Source of the DNA: Octopus sinensis
Lineage: Eukaryota
NCBI RefSeq assembly: GCF_006345805.1
Contig: NC_043000.1
Span: 4,588,001-4,652,000, forward strand
Length of the DNA stretch: 64,000 bases
Direction: 5' to 3'
Shown: positions 1 to 9,784 of the stretch, piece by piece
Position numbering within the stretch: the stretch's first letter is position 1
Layout: the number at the start of each line of letters is the position of its first letter
Position numbers and translations under genes: made by a program
Notes under the pieces: generated by a model
Databases searched by the model: none
The model's input: only the letters and a program-made list of their open reading frames with translations
Told to the model about the DNA's origin: nothing

Positions 1-892
1 ATAGAATGTCAAGAAGTGGACACAGCAGTTAACCAACAGGACATGTTCACTTTCCTTCTTTCCTTTAGAAAACAGTTAACCAACAGGGTATGTTCACATT
101 CCTTTTCTTCCCTACAAAACAATTAACAGACAGACTGTGTTCACATTCCTTCTATTCTTTATGCAACAATTAACCAATAGAATGTCAAGAAGTGGACACA
201 GCAGTTAACCAACAGGACATGTTCACTTTCCTTCTTTCCTTTACAAAACAGTTAACCAACAGGGCATGTTCACATTCCTATTCTTCCCTACAAAACAATT
301 AACAGACAGAATGTGTTCACATTCCTTCTATTCTTTATGCAACAATTAACCAATAGAATGTCAAGAAGTGGACACAGCAGTTAACCAACAGGACATGTTC
401 ACTTTCCTTCTTTCCTTTAGAAAACAGTTAACCAACAGGGTATGTTCACATTCCTTTTCTTCTCTACAAAACAATTAACAGACAGACTGTGTTCACATTC
501 CTTCTATTCTTTATGCAACAATTAACCAATAGAATGTCAAGAAGTGGACACAGCAGTTAACCAACAGGACATGTTCACTTTCCTTCTTTCCTTTACAAAA
601 CAGTTAACCAACAGGGCATGTTCACATTCCTGTTCTTCCCTACAAAACAATTAACAGACAGAATGTGTCCACATTCCTTCTATTCTTTATGTAACAATTA
701 ACCAATAGAATGTCAAGAAGTGGACACAGCAGTTAACCAACAGGACATGTTCACTTTCCTTCTTTCCTTTACAAAACAGTTAACCAACAGGGTATGTTCA
801 CATTCCTATTCTTCCCTACAAAACAATTAACAGACAGAATGTGTCCACATTCCTTCTATTCTTTATGTAACAATTAACCAATAGAATGTCAA
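1..892. repeat. 176-bp tandem satellite, 5 full units plus a partial, built from ~44-47-bp subunits
   Basis: ATAGAATGTCAA recurs at 1, 177, 353, 529, 705 and 881. Within a unit, AACA(G/A)TTAAC..ATGTTCAC(A/T)TTCCT recurs 3-4 times. Confidence 0.95.
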
Positions 893-1091
893 AAAATGAT
901 CTGACAGGAGGCTATTCCTGAGAGGTCAGGCTGAGATGTCAAACATGTACATCACCTCTGTCGTATATTACCACCTGACAGTAACGCCTTGGTCCAGTTT
1001 TTGTCCAGCCAGATTAAATCCCCTATTTTATTTCTTTTATTGGAAGGACTTGTTCCACTGATCTGGTAGTCCATCTGCCAACCAATGCCTG

Positions 1092-1394
1092 TTTGTTCCG
1101 TCACGAGCCATGCCTGGCTCATTAGGGCCAGTTTGCTGGTTTCCTTGGCATATAGGTTCCCCACCTGGACGGGATGCCGGTCCGTCGTAGGTGAGCTGCA
1201 AGATGCAGGAGGAAAGAGTGAGAGAAAGTTGTGGCGAAAGAGTCAGCAGATGTTCGTCATTACCTTCGGCCAGAGCCGCCGCGTGGAGCTTAGGTGTTTC
1301 GCTCATAAATACACACATTGCCCGGTCTGAGATTCGAACCCGCAATCGCTCAACCGCAAATCCGCTTCTCTAACCACTAGGCCAGGTACCTCCA
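1092..1394 (-). mobile_element. tRNA-derived SINE with 14-bp TSD
   Basis: Minus strand begins TGGAGGTACCTGGCCTAGTGGTTAG (A box) ... GGTTCGAATC (B box). Flanked by direct repeat CCAACCAATGCCTG at 1078-1091 and 1395-1408. Confidence 0.85.
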
Positions 1395-1571
1395 CCAACC
1401 AATGCCTGCGGTACACATGATTCTATCTCTTTCTTGGCTGGATAACCATGTACCTCTTCTACAGCAAGACACCTGATTCTACCTCTCTGTTTCCCCATCA
1501 CACTATAACCTTTCATCCTCTGACACAAGATCTGATCCCCTCCTCCAATTCCCCCTCCGTTCTCAAAATTC

Positions 1572-3320
1572 CTTGTCTTGCAAGTTACTTAGTGAACCTG
1601 CCAGTGTTGGTGCCAGGTAAAAAGGCATCCAGTTCACACTGTGAAGTGGTTGGCAATTAGGAAGGGCATTCAGCTGTAAAAACCATACCTGTGGTGGTGC
1701 CAGGTAAAAAGGCATCCGTTCACACTGTGAAGTGGTTGGCAATTAGGAAGGGCATTCAGCTGTAAAAACCATACCTGTGGTGGTGCCAGGTAAAAAGGCA
1801 TCCAGTTCACACTGTGAAGTGGTTGGCAATTAGGAAGGGCATTCAGCTGTAAAAACCATACCTGTGGTGGTGCCAGGTAAAAAGGCATCCAGTTCACACT
1901 GTGAAGTGGTTGGCAATTAGGAAGGGCATTCAGCTGTAAAAACCATACCTGTGGTGGTGCCAGGTAAAAAGGCATCCAGTTCACACTGTGAAGTGGTTGG
2001 CAATTAGGAAGGGCATTCAGCTGTAAAAACCATACCTGTGGTGGTGCCAGGTAAAAAGGCATCCAGTTCACACTGTGAAGTGGTTGGCAATTAGGAAGGG
2101 CATTCAGCTGTAAAAACCATACCTGTGGTGGTGCCAGGTAAAAAGGCATCCAGTTCACACTGTGAAGTGGTTGGCAATTAGGAAGGGCATTCAGCTGTAA
2201 AAACCATACCTGTGGTGGTGCCAGGTAAAAAGGCATCCAGTTCACACTGTGAAGTGGTTGGCAATTAGGAAGGGCATTCAGCTGTAAAAACCATACCTGT
2301 GGTGGTGCCAGGTAAAAAGGCATCCAGTTCACACTGTGAAGTGGTTGGCAATTAGGAAGGGCATTCAGCTGTAAAAACCATACCTGTGTGGTGCCAGGTA
2401 AAAAGGCATCCAGTTCACACACTGTGAAGTGGTTGGCAATTAGGAAGGGCATTCAGCTGTAAAAACCATACCTGTGGTGGTGCCAGGTAAAAAAGCATCC
2501 AGTTCACACTGTGAAGTGGTTGGCAATTAGGAAGGGCATTCAGCTGTAAAAACCATACCTGTGGTGGTGCCAGGTAAAAAGGCATCCAGTTCACACTGTG
2601 AAGTGGTTGGCAATTAGGAAGGGCATTCAGCTGTAAAAACCATACCTGTGGTGGTGCCAGGTAAAAAGGCATCAGTTCACACTGTGAAGTGGTTGGCAAT
2701 TAGGAAGGGCATTCAGCTGTAAAAACCATACCTGTGGTGGTGCCAGGTAAAAAGGCATCCAGTTCACACTGTGAAGTGGTTGGCAATTAGGAAGGGCATT
2801 CAGCTGTAAAAACCATACCTGTGGTGGTGCCAGGTAAAAAGGCATCCAGTTCACACTGTGAAGTGGTTGGCAATTAGGAAGGGCATTCAGCTGTAAAAAC
2901 CATACCTGTGGTGGTGCCAGGTAAAAAAGCATCCAGTTCACACTGTGAAGTGGTTGGCAATTAGGAAGGGCATTCAGCTGTAAAAACCATACCTGTGGTG
3001 GTGCCAGGTAAAAAGGCATCCAGTTCACACTGTGAAGTGGTTGGCAATTAGGAAGGGCATTCAGCTGTAAAAACCATACCTGGTGTGGTGCCAGGTAAAA
3101 AAGCATCCAGTTCACACTGTGAAGTGGTTGGCAATTAGGAAGGGCATTCAGCTGTAAAAACCATACCTGTGGTGGTGCCAGGTAAAAAGGCACTGAGACC
3201 ACACCATGGGGTGGTTGGTGTTAGAAAGGGCACCCAGCCATAAAAATCATGCCAAAACAGACACAGTAGCTTCTACCTGGCCAGTTCCTGTCAAACCGTA
3301 CAACTCATGCCAGCATGGAA
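1572..3320 (+). mobile_element. (GAT)n-tailed SINE-like element internally expanded by a minisatellite
   Basis: The 5' part CTTGTCTTGCAAGTTACTT and the 3' part GTCAAACCGTACAACTCATGCCAGCATGGAA match the unexpanded copies at 15905-16160, 12455-12820 and 16161-16390. Confidence 0.75.
1607..3192. repeat. 87-bp minisatellite, ~18 near-identical copies
   Basis: Unit GTGGTGCCAGGTAAAAAGGCATCCAGTTCACACTGTGAAGTGGTTGGCAATTAGGAAGGGCATTCAGCTGTAAAAACCATACCT..; it produces the 29-aa periodic ORFs on the minus strand. Confidence 0.97.
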
Positions 3321-3355
3321 GATGATGATGATGATGATGATGGTGATGGTGATAG

Positions 3356-3420
<65 letters not shown>

Positions 3421-3445
3421 GTGATGGTGATGGTGATGGTGATAG

Positions 3446-3499
<54 letters not shown>

Positions 3500-3544
3500 G
3501 TATGATGATGATGATGATGATGATGATGATGGTGATGGTGATAG

Positions 3545-3604
<60 letters not shown>

Positions 3605-3606
3605 GT

Positions 3607-3648
<42 letters not shown>

Positions 3649-3669
3649 GTGATGGTGATGGTGATGATG
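3321..3669. repeat. (GAT)n microsatellite with recurring GGT/AGT/GAGTAT interruptions (expanded SINE tail)
   Basis: Directly visible; gives the poly-D/M/H/I ORFs. Confidence 0.97.
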
Positions 3670-3803
3670 TAAATGTGCCATTTTATGTCAGACACATTTT
3701 CTCATAGCTCTACCCATAGCTTTGAAGCATTCCTGAATTAAACAAAGAATAACTGATATCTGGAATGTTGTCATGTAACTCTACTCTACTGTCATGTACT
3801 CAC

Positions 3804-3890
3804 AACACTCTACTGCAGAGGTTCTCAACAGTTGCTCAACCTGATATAGAAAGTTTAACTGGATCCCATCAAGCACCAGGAAGTCATTAA
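3804..3890 (-). CDS. Candidate 87-nt internal coding exon (phase 1-1): (V)NDFLVLDGIQLNFLYQVEQLLRTSAVEC
   Basis: Acceptor ctccataccttgcaAG (3892-3891) and donor GTGAGT (3803). The frame is open and phase-compatible with candidate exon 4682-4630. No homology recognised with confidence. Confidence 0.3.
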
Positions 3891-4334
3891 CTTGCAAGGT
3901 ATGGAGTAGATTTACAAATTTTGTCTTTAGTAATTTTTTATCTTTCGTTTTTGGATTTGGCTTGCAAGATTCTTTATATGAGTCAAGACTATTGAAAAGG
4001 TTGCAAGACGCAATGAAAATTTTAGGAAAATAGAAATAAGAAATAAGTGGAAATTTTACCGGTGAGTGTGTTAAATTATAAGGCACAAAAAGAAAATGAC
4101 TCTTCCCAGACACAACAGAATAATTTTTTATCATTTCACTGTTTAAAGTTTATACAATCCATTTTTAGAGTAAAATTTATAAATTATCATCCATGTTAAG
4201 TTAGTTTAGTCATGTTTCTTTACTGACCACTTAGGTGGGTTCTAGGGATAACAACAACTTAAAAAGGGGTGCTACAAAAAAAAAATGGTTAAGAACCACT
4301 GATCTATTAGTTTGTCAAAAAACAATGGAATTTG

Positions 4335-4649
4335 TATTGTTATATTTCAGGATGGTCATTTTCTGTTTTTTCATGCCAAATAAACACATGCCTTATATAG
4401 TCATTCTTCACTCATTTATTATTGTGCTTATTTAATCTTGTGTTCATTGTCTGGAAATCTTTTGTCCCACACCTATGACCTCTTCAGCAACTCTTCCATC
4501 CTGCATCTCTCCTCCTGTTCTGTTTAGTCCATTCTGTCTTTCTATGGTGTCACATAAGATAAAATGAGAACAGTAATAAATGAGTGAAGAACAAATATAT
4601 AGCGCATGAGAAAAAGGGAAAAAAATTACCATCCTGAAATATAACAATA
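4335..4649. repeat. Inverted repeat, ~100-bp arms (4335-4443 / 4551-4649) with ~107-bp spacer
   Basis: TATTGTTATATTTCAGGATGGT..CTTCACTCATTTATTA on the left arm is the reverse complement of the right arm. Both ORF-track translations contain LLYFRMVIF. Confidence 0.85.
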
Positions 4650-4682
4650 TCTGTTTCAGCACACGATTTCACATCAGGAATC
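4630..4682 (-). CDS. Candidate 53-nt coding exon (phase 2-1): IPDVKSCAETDIVIFQD
   Basis: Acceptor gaatttgttttgcAG (4684-4683) and donor G|GTAATT (4629); open frame. Only weak resemblance to the VWA-domain first strand (C..DIVFxxD). Confidence 0.33.
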
Positions 4683-5126
4683 CTGCAAAACAAATTCATA
4701 AACGTAACAATGGAACTTGCATGTTAGTTTTCAAAGGAGAACTAGCAATGGAGGAGAGTGATGGATTACTTGGGGAAATTATGAGTGTCAAAGAGAATCA
4801 ACTGTCAGATTTATCAGAAAATTTTTGTTACATGTAAGATGGATCAGTCCCTGTGAATCAACTGTTCCCCTCCCCTTAAAACTGCTTGTCAGGCCAAATG
4901 TCAGGAGGTATTTCACTGTGATTCATATGTCCTGAGGTCAAATCCTGGATGAAATAAAATACTGCTCAAATACAGGGATCAGATTAATCTTTTGACACCA
5001 ACTAACCTGGAACTACTCTTTTGATCTATGATACAAGTTCTCTGTTTTAAAATGATCTAAGTTAAAAGCCTTCTATCAAAATTTCATGTTAATTTACAGC
5101 CCAAATACCAGCTTAATAACAACAGT

Positions 5127-6404
5127 TATTAGGTTGTCAAGAAAGTTCTTGTGGTTTTTAACCTTTAAATTCAGATGCACAAATCTCGGCTCAAACAAAA
5201 CTTTATTAATTGAAATAAACACCATCAAAATCAACAAACTTTCGTCAACGCAAAACAAGTTTATTTATGCCTGTAGCATAAAAATCCTGCATTCTGGTGG
5301 CAATGAAGTCGTTGAAGGTGTGTTTGGCATCGTCTTGGTTTTTGAAGCATTTTTCACGCAGGAAGTTGTTGAGATGCTTGGAAAAGTGGTAGTTAGTAGG
5401 CGAGAGGTCTGGTGAGTATGGCAGATGAGGCAGAGTTTCGTAGCCCAATTTGTTCAACTTCTGTGTGATGTACGACCGAGCATTGTCATGGAGAAGAATT
5501 GGTCTTTTTCTATTGACCAATGCTGGCTGTTGTTGTTGGAGTTTCTTATGCATTTCATCCATTTGCTGATAGTAATTCTCTGCCGTAATGGTTTTGTCAT
5601 GGATCCAAAAAGCTGTGATAGATGAGATCAGCTGCAGACTACCAAACAGTCACCATGGCCTTCTTTTGTTGCAACTTTGACTTTGGGAAGTGCCATGGAG
5701 CTTCGTCAGTGTCCAACCACTGAGCTGAGTGTCGCCGGTTATCGTAAAGAATCCACTTTTCATCACAAGTCACAATCCAGTCAAGAAACGGGTCATTCTT
5801 GTTGTGTAAAAGAAGAGAAGATGACACTACAAAACAGCATTTTTTTTAGTTGTTGTTCAGTTCGTGCAGCACCCATTTCTCAAGTATTTTTGTTTTTCCA
5901 ATGTCTTTCAAGTGGTTGGAATTTGTCATATACATTATGTCCAATTCAGAAGCAAGCTCTCAAACAGTTGTGCATGGATTGGCTTCCACTAAGGCTCTTA
6001 GTTAATTGTTGTCAACATCTGATGGCCAACCACTATGCTTATCATCTTCAAGACTCTCGTCACTGCTACGAAATTTCTTGAACCACCATTGTGCTGTACA
6101 TTCATTAGTAGTTCCTGGGCCAAATGCATCATTGATATTGCGAGCTGTTTCAACAGCTTTTCAGCCTAGTTTGAACTGGAATAAGAAAATTGGGCGAATT
6201 TGCTTTTTGTCCATGTTGTATTCAAAATTCCAGAAAAAATGGCCTAATTATTAAAAAAAAAAAGAGTAACACAGTCAGATAGAACGAAAAATGGGTTTTA
6301 AAATGATATATAAAGTCAAAGTAATTTATCGAAAATCAATTTGAAAATACATAATTTAAAACCAAAATTTAAAATTCCACAAGAACTTTCTTGAAAACTT
6401 AATA
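5127..6404 (-). mobile_element. Full-length Tc1/mariner transposon (Hsmar1/cecropia-like), decayed
   Basis: TIRs TA-TTAGGTTGTCAAGAAAGTTCTTGTGG (5127) and its reverse complement CCACAAGAACTTTCTTGAAAACTTAA-TA (6404); TA TSD; ~1.28 kb. Confidence 0.95.
5206..6214 (-). pseudogene. Mariner transposase pseudogene (stops and frameshifts)
   Basis: MDKKQIRPIFLFQFKLG*KAVETARNINDAFGPGT; KWVLHEL; [19 protein letters not shown]; LLHDNAR; YSPDLSPTNYHF; DFYATGINKLV...GVYFN*. Confidence 0.95.
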
Positions 6405-6860
6405 TTCTAATACAATCTTCTTTATTTTCAAAATCCTTTTTAACACTGGCAGCGTATTTCAACATAAATATAGTAACAAATGTATTAATCAAGTAATGTC
6501 CTTCTTCCAAAGGACACACACACACACACACACAATGAGTAAGCAGAATCATTAGTGCTTTGGATAAAATGATAAGTGGTATTCCTCCTGGCTCTTTAAA
6601 TTCAGCTGAGGTTGATTTTGCCTTTCATCTTTTTAAGGTCAATAAATCAAGCCCTGATGGGGGGAGAGGTTGTTGATGTCATTTACAAACTTACTTCCAC
6701 CATCAGAATTGCTAGCCATGTGCCAAAATTTGAAAGCGTTACTAGAGTTTGATGGAATGGCAGAATTCATGGAGTCACAGACCAGCTTTTTTGTTTGTTT
6801 CCCCTTAATTCACAGTTTGTAGTCTAAATGTGATGTGTGTGTGTGTGTTGCATGTGTGTG

Positions 6861-7258
6861 CAGGAGTGACTGTGTGGTAAGTAGCTTGCTAACCAACCAC
6901 ATGGTTCCAGGTTCAGTTCCACTGCGTGGCACCTTGGGCAAGTGTCTTCTACTATAGTCTCGGGCCGACCAAAGCCTTGTGAGTAGATTTGGTAGATGGA
7001 AACTGAAAGAAGCCCATCGTATATATGTGTGTGTGTGTGTGTGTATGTTTGTGTATCTGTGTTTATCTCCCCAACATCACTTGACAACCGATGTTGGTGT
7101 GTTTACATCCCCGTAACCTAGTGGTTCGGCAAAAAGAGACCGATGGAGTAAGTACTAGGTTTACAAAGAATAAGTCCCGGGGTCGATTTGCTCGACTAAA
7201 GGCGGTGCTCCAGCATGGCCGCAGTCACATGACCGAAACAAATAAGAGAGCAAAAGAG
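6861..7258 (+). mobile_element. tRNA-derived SINE with CORE-like GCACCTTGGGCAAGTG segment and internal (TA/TG)n
   Basis: Head AGGAGTGACTGTGTGGTAAGTAGCTTGC..GGTTCAGTTCC and tail GGCGGTGCTCCAGCATGGCC; many other copies in the window. Confidence 0.85.
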
Positions 7259-8202
7259 TATGTATGTTTGCATGTGTTTTGTGTGTGTGTTTGTGTACAT
7301 GTTTATGCATATATGCATGCTTGTGCATGTGTGTTTGTGTGTGCATGTGTGCGTGTGCATGTGTATGTGTGCAATGTTTTCAAATGTACAAAAAATCTCC
7401 ATCTATAAATGTAAAAACGAAGGATTGTATGAGAGTGCATAGCCACAAGGTATCTACAGCTCCTTTCATGCACACACATTGGAAGTTCCTGTTGCTGCAA
7501 AGTAGACTCTTGACTGTAAAATGGAACACCAACTACACACGTGCAATATATTGCAGGGAAGATGCTCAGACAATAGACTTTGGCAAGATCTCCCTAAAGG
7601 TTCTCCATTATTTGTTACCAACTGGGTCAGGTTTAAACACCTAAAAATATAAAGAAAAATCAATATTGTTCAAGTGAACCATTCTTTTTTCTGTTTCGGT
7701 AGTCTAATTGTTTGTTTTCATCATCTTTTTCTTCTTCAGTTTCTAAGCTTTTTAACAAGTCTCATAATGAATTCATTTTTTCACCTATATAACACAACTT
7801 GACACTTATCTATAGCCAAAGATGGAAACTTTTAGAAAAAAAAAAAAACCCGCATTTGTTAATAAAGCTAACAAGTTCAGTGTTTTGTACCGTATTAATT
7901 GGTCATAATACAGGCAACAAATATGACCGCTTTAACCATTTTCTTTTACATTCTTCCATCTCTATCATGTATTTGTAAACAGTTGTTAATTATAGATTTT
8001 CAACAGGCCAGTCACTGAGTTCATTGCATTTCCAATGGCAAAAATAAGTAGGAGTGTTTGCTCACACCCCATTTAAAAGCTTATAAAGCTTATACTTTGT
8101 TGACGAAAATGTCTCTTGTGATAATCCTTGGAAGTCTGTTCCAAATCCTGATAATCATGTGCAGAAGCCTCTCTCCAATAATAAACAAGAAATATGACCG
8201 CT

Positions 8203-8827
8203 GTGGCAAGCTGGCAGAAATGTTAGCATACTGGGTGAAATGCATAGCCGTATTTCGTCTGCTGTTACATTCTGAGTTCAAATTCAGCCAAGGTCAACTT
8301 TGCCTTTCATCCTTTCGGGGTTGATAAATTAAGTACCAGTTACGCACTGGAGTCAATGTAATCGACTTAATCCATTTGTCTGTCCTTGTTTGTCCCCTCT
8401 GTGTTTAACCCTTTGTGGGTAGTAAAGAAATAGGTATTTCGTCTGCCACTACGTTCTGAGTTCAAATTCCGCTGAGGTCGACTTTGCCTTTCATCCTTTC
8501 AGGGTCGATAAGTTAAGTACCAGTTACACCCTGGGGTCGATGTAATCGACTTAATCCCTTTGTCTGTCCTTGTTTGTCCCCTCTATGTTTAGCCCCTTGA
8601 GGGCAATAAAGAAATAAGAAACGTTTGCACACCAGGTGAAATGATTAACGGTATTTCATCTGCCGCTACGTTCTGAGTTCAAATTCCGCCGAGGTTGACT
8701 TTGCCTTTCATCCTTAGGGGGTCGCTTAAATAAGTACCAGTTATGCACTGGGGTCGATATAATCCGTTTGTCTGTCCTTGTTTGTCCTCTCTGTGTTTAG
8801 CCCCTTGTGGGCAGTAAAGAAATATGA
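8203..8827 (+). mobile_element. Tandem trimer of a second tRNA-SINE family (GCCTTTCATCCTTTCGGGG core), flanked by a 12-bp direct repeat
   Basis: One full copy plus two copies starting at GGTATTTC(G/A)TCTGCC. GCCTCTCTCCAA occurs at 8167-8178 and 8829-8840. Confidence 0.85.
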
Positions 8828-8974
8828 GGCCTCTCTCCAAAATGTGAACTCTTGACATTCGGTGCTGAGAGGTTGTGTAAAAGCATGACTGTACTGATCC
8901 TAGTAAAACATCTTTCATACTACAGTTTTAGTATTGTTCTGAGCATTGACGAACTGTGACTAATTAGAATTTTG

Positions 8975-9200
8975 GGATCTGTTCAGTTTGGTGCACAGAT
9001 TTTTTTAATTAATTTTCTTTAACCAAACAGTTTGAAACTTTATATACTGGTGGAATCTCATGTAGAACACGGTTTACTTTGAACATTTTTGACAAAATTT
9101 GGTATTTTAGAAGCTATTTCCTGTTAAAGTTGTCGTATCTGGGTAATTTCAACCAATCAACGACATGTATTCAGTTGAAGAAAGCTACTGCTGTTTACAA
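8975..9200 (+). mobile_element. Degenerate single arm of the foldback MITE family at 11316-12052
   Basis: Starts GGATCT and shares TTAAAGTTGTC..GGTAATTTCAACCAATCAA..ACATGTATTCAG. Confidence 0.7.
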
Positions 9201-9206
9201 TAGTAA

Positions 9207-9333
9207 TCAAAGAGGAACAACTTCCAGGTCATCTCTACTGAATGTCACCACTCTGTTCGATTCATGTCGAGCAAAGATGATGCCACCTTTATCCTTTCCA
9301 GTCAGCACCATGCATTCCTTACACTTTCCCTCC
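9207..9333 (-). CDS. Candidate terminal coding exon EGKCKECMVLTGKDKGGIIFARHESNRVVTFSRDDLEVVPL*
   Basis: catttgcAG acceptor followed by 41 open codons; VLTGKDKG is KOW-like. The polypyrimidine tract is weak. Confidence 0.2.
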
Positions 9334-9784
9334 CTGCAAATGGTCTTTCACAATATTTCTTACAATAAAATATAACCAATTTAGAGAGAAAGAAAGGATT
9401 GCCTCTTATTAATATTAATATTATTTAATAATTAGCCGGTCCATTAATAGTAGAAAACACTTTCCAAAGTGTCACACAGTGGGGCTGAATCTAACACTAT
9501 GGGGCTGGAAAGTAAACTTCTTAACACACAGCTATACAATCTCCAAAAATAAGATAGGATGCTGATAGCTGAAGCCTGATCAATCATTTTTCAACTGGAG
9601 CTTAACAATGACAGCATCAAATATTATAATTTAGGTAGAGAACAGATATTCCTTGTGATGAGACTATTCAAGTTAGATATCTAGAAGTATTGAAGGAGTA
9701 ATAACGAGAGGAAAGGTTGTATGCTTCCTTCAGTGTTTGCAAGGCCAGTAGATTAGAAAAGTAAGTTTTACATCTATTAGCAAC

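Larger units (their letters stand above)
4984..6488. mobile_element. piggyBac-like (TTAA-ended) MITE split by the mariner insertion (4984-5128 and 6405-6488)
   Basis: The two halves are collinear with the related MITE at 14546-14759 (reverse) and end in TTAA; the mariner sits at an internal TA. Confidence 0.6.

Noticed and set aside
1310-1394. tRNA gene (also at 18160-18239, 20770-20847, 23735-23815)
   Set aside because: A and B boxes are present but continue into SINE bodies and tails with TSDs; these are SINE heads, not tRNAs.
960-1560. Integrase-like WQMDY word on the minus strand after removing the SINE
   Set aside because: Only one short motif; the flanking HHCC and D..D residues are not convincing and the frames are broken.
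1670-3202. Long minus-strand ORFs with a 29-aa repeat (MPFYLAPPQVWFLQ...)
   Set aside because: They result from an 87-bp (3n) SINE-derived minisatellite lacking stops; there is no independent coding evidence.
3247-3707. Poly-His, poly-Asp, poly-Met and poly-Ile ORFs (e.g. an acidic biomineral-like protein)
   Set aside because: This is the (GAT)n tail of a SINE; all frames are trivially open.
7466-7642. Strong minus-strand acceptor (tttttctttatatttttAG) with a downstream open frame
   Set aside because: No convincing donor or recognisable peptide; the plus-strand frames look equally protein-like, so it cannot be distinguished from chance.
7264-7644. Cys/Val-rich ORFs (also 10501-10803, 21296-21779, 38230-38545)
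   Set aside because: Translations of (TG)n, (GA)n and (TA)n microsatellites.
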